From positions 75,969-139,968 of the forward strand of contig JAIPHX010000003.1 of NCBI GenBank assembly GCA_021734995.1: a stretch of 64,000 nt of DNA, written 5' to 3'. The stretch comes from Minisyncoccota bacterium. GTDB lineage: Bacteria; Patescibacteriota; Minisyncoccia; Phycocordibacterales; UBA9973. Of this stretch, positions 63,371-64,000 are shown piece after piece; within the stretch, counting starts at the first letter, position 1; every line of letters begins with the position of its first letter. The position numbers and the translations under genes were made by a program. The notes beneath the pieces were generated by a model that was not told the origin of the DNA, searched no databases, and worked only from the letters and a program-made list of their open reading frames with translations.

Positions 63371-64000
63371 TTAGATAGCGCTCGCAGAAGAAGTGTCGAT
63401 GTTTGTTTTTATGGGTAGGATGTCTTTTATAGTAGGTTCTATTTTTGTTTCTTCTTTTGAAATAGGAGTAGTATTTTGCTCTGTGGATTTTGTCTCTGTT
63501 TTTACTTCTTCTTTTTTGTCTATAGAAGAAATATTTTCATCAAGCTCTGTGTTGATATTGATATCTAGGCTTTCAAGTTCTTTTTGGATTAAATCAAACT
63601 CTATATTCTCTTCTATTTGGACATCTATTTTTTCTAATCTAGCACTAATGTTTGATTCTACTTTTTCTTTCACTTCTTTTGCTATCTCAGGATTATCTTT
63701 GTTGACTTCTTCTATGCTTGCAGATATTTTTTCTTTTTCTAGTTGGATTTCTGTTTCAGCAATAGATCTATTGGCTGGGGTGATTCTCTTCTCTTTAATC
63801 AATGTTTCAATTTCGGAAAATCTGTCCTCTATTCTTTTTTGTCTTAAAGCAACCTTTTTTTCTGGAGTAAATGTAATTTTTTCTTCAATGCTTTCTATCA
63901 GGTCTGTCTTTACTGAATATAGAAAATCACCGGGGAGAGAATCTGCGGATGCATAAGATAGGCCACCTAAAATCAAAATGATTGCAAAAGCAGAAGCAAA
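63371..64000 (-). CDS. DUF5667-like secreted/membrane protein (5'-partial, runs off window)
   Basis: GDFLYSVK motif and coiled-coil E/K repeats. The ORF continues upstream beyond position 64000 (FASAFAIILILGG TM). The overlapping plus-strand ORF is low-complexity. Confidence 0.5.
   Translation of the reverse strand, partial: FASAFAIILILGGLSYASADSLPGDFLYSVKTDLIESIEEKITFTPEKKVALRQKRIEDRFSEIETLIKEKRITPANRSIAETEIQLEKEKISASIEEVNKDNPEIAKEVKEKVESNISARLEKIDVQIEENIEFDLIQKELESLDININTELDENISSIDKKEEVKTETKSTEQNTTPISKEETKIEPTIKDILPIKTNIDTSSASAI

Noticed and set aside
63393-63956. 187-aa plus-strand ORF
   Set aside because: Ser/Phe/Ile-rich low-complexity translation antisense to a DUF5667-like gene with a recognisable motif and TM anchor.

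Overview
AT-rich (~30% GC) bacterial chromosomal segment with leaderless genes, a split transketolase and many small hypothetical membrane/secreted proteins, consistent with a small-genome CPR/Patescibacteria-like organism. The left ~27 kb is accessory. It holds tRNA-Ala(UGC) and a tRNA-Asn(GUU) interrupted by a 248-nt group I intron. A large serine recombinase element sits against the tRNA-Asn 3' end, with an RHH regulator, a replication-like protein and an iteron/palindrome-rich region. A defence-like island follows, with an OLD/PARIS-like ABC ATPase-Toprim protein adjacent to a SIR2_2-domain protein. Then comes a ~15 kb array (11.65-26.7 kb) of more than 20 mostly single-gene cassettes. Each cassette boundary is an ~85-bp imperfect inverted repeat (5' TTCGAAC ... 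GTTCGAACCT 3', attC-like). Each cassette carries its own extended -10 promoter and starts translation leaderless or nearly so. Cassette genes look like adaptive functions: NodB deacetylase, APH-like kinase, ANT-like nucleotidyltransferase, NUDIX, deaminase, GrpB, NYN, VOC/glyoxalase, HD, alpha/beta hydrolase, Dabb, cupin and CYTH. No tyrosine integrase is visible in the window. The right half is housekeeping: Na/Pi cotransporter, msrA, ECF sigma with candidate anti-sigma, MacAB-like efflux, hpf, the lepB-hisS-def-fmt operon, pth, dnaE, gap, rpiB, rpe, split tkt and a PfkB kinase. Two small insertions there are marked by duplicated 3' ends of msrA and gap. The gap-associated one carries a methyltransferase and a Doc/HTH toxin-antitoxin pair with a palindromic operator.
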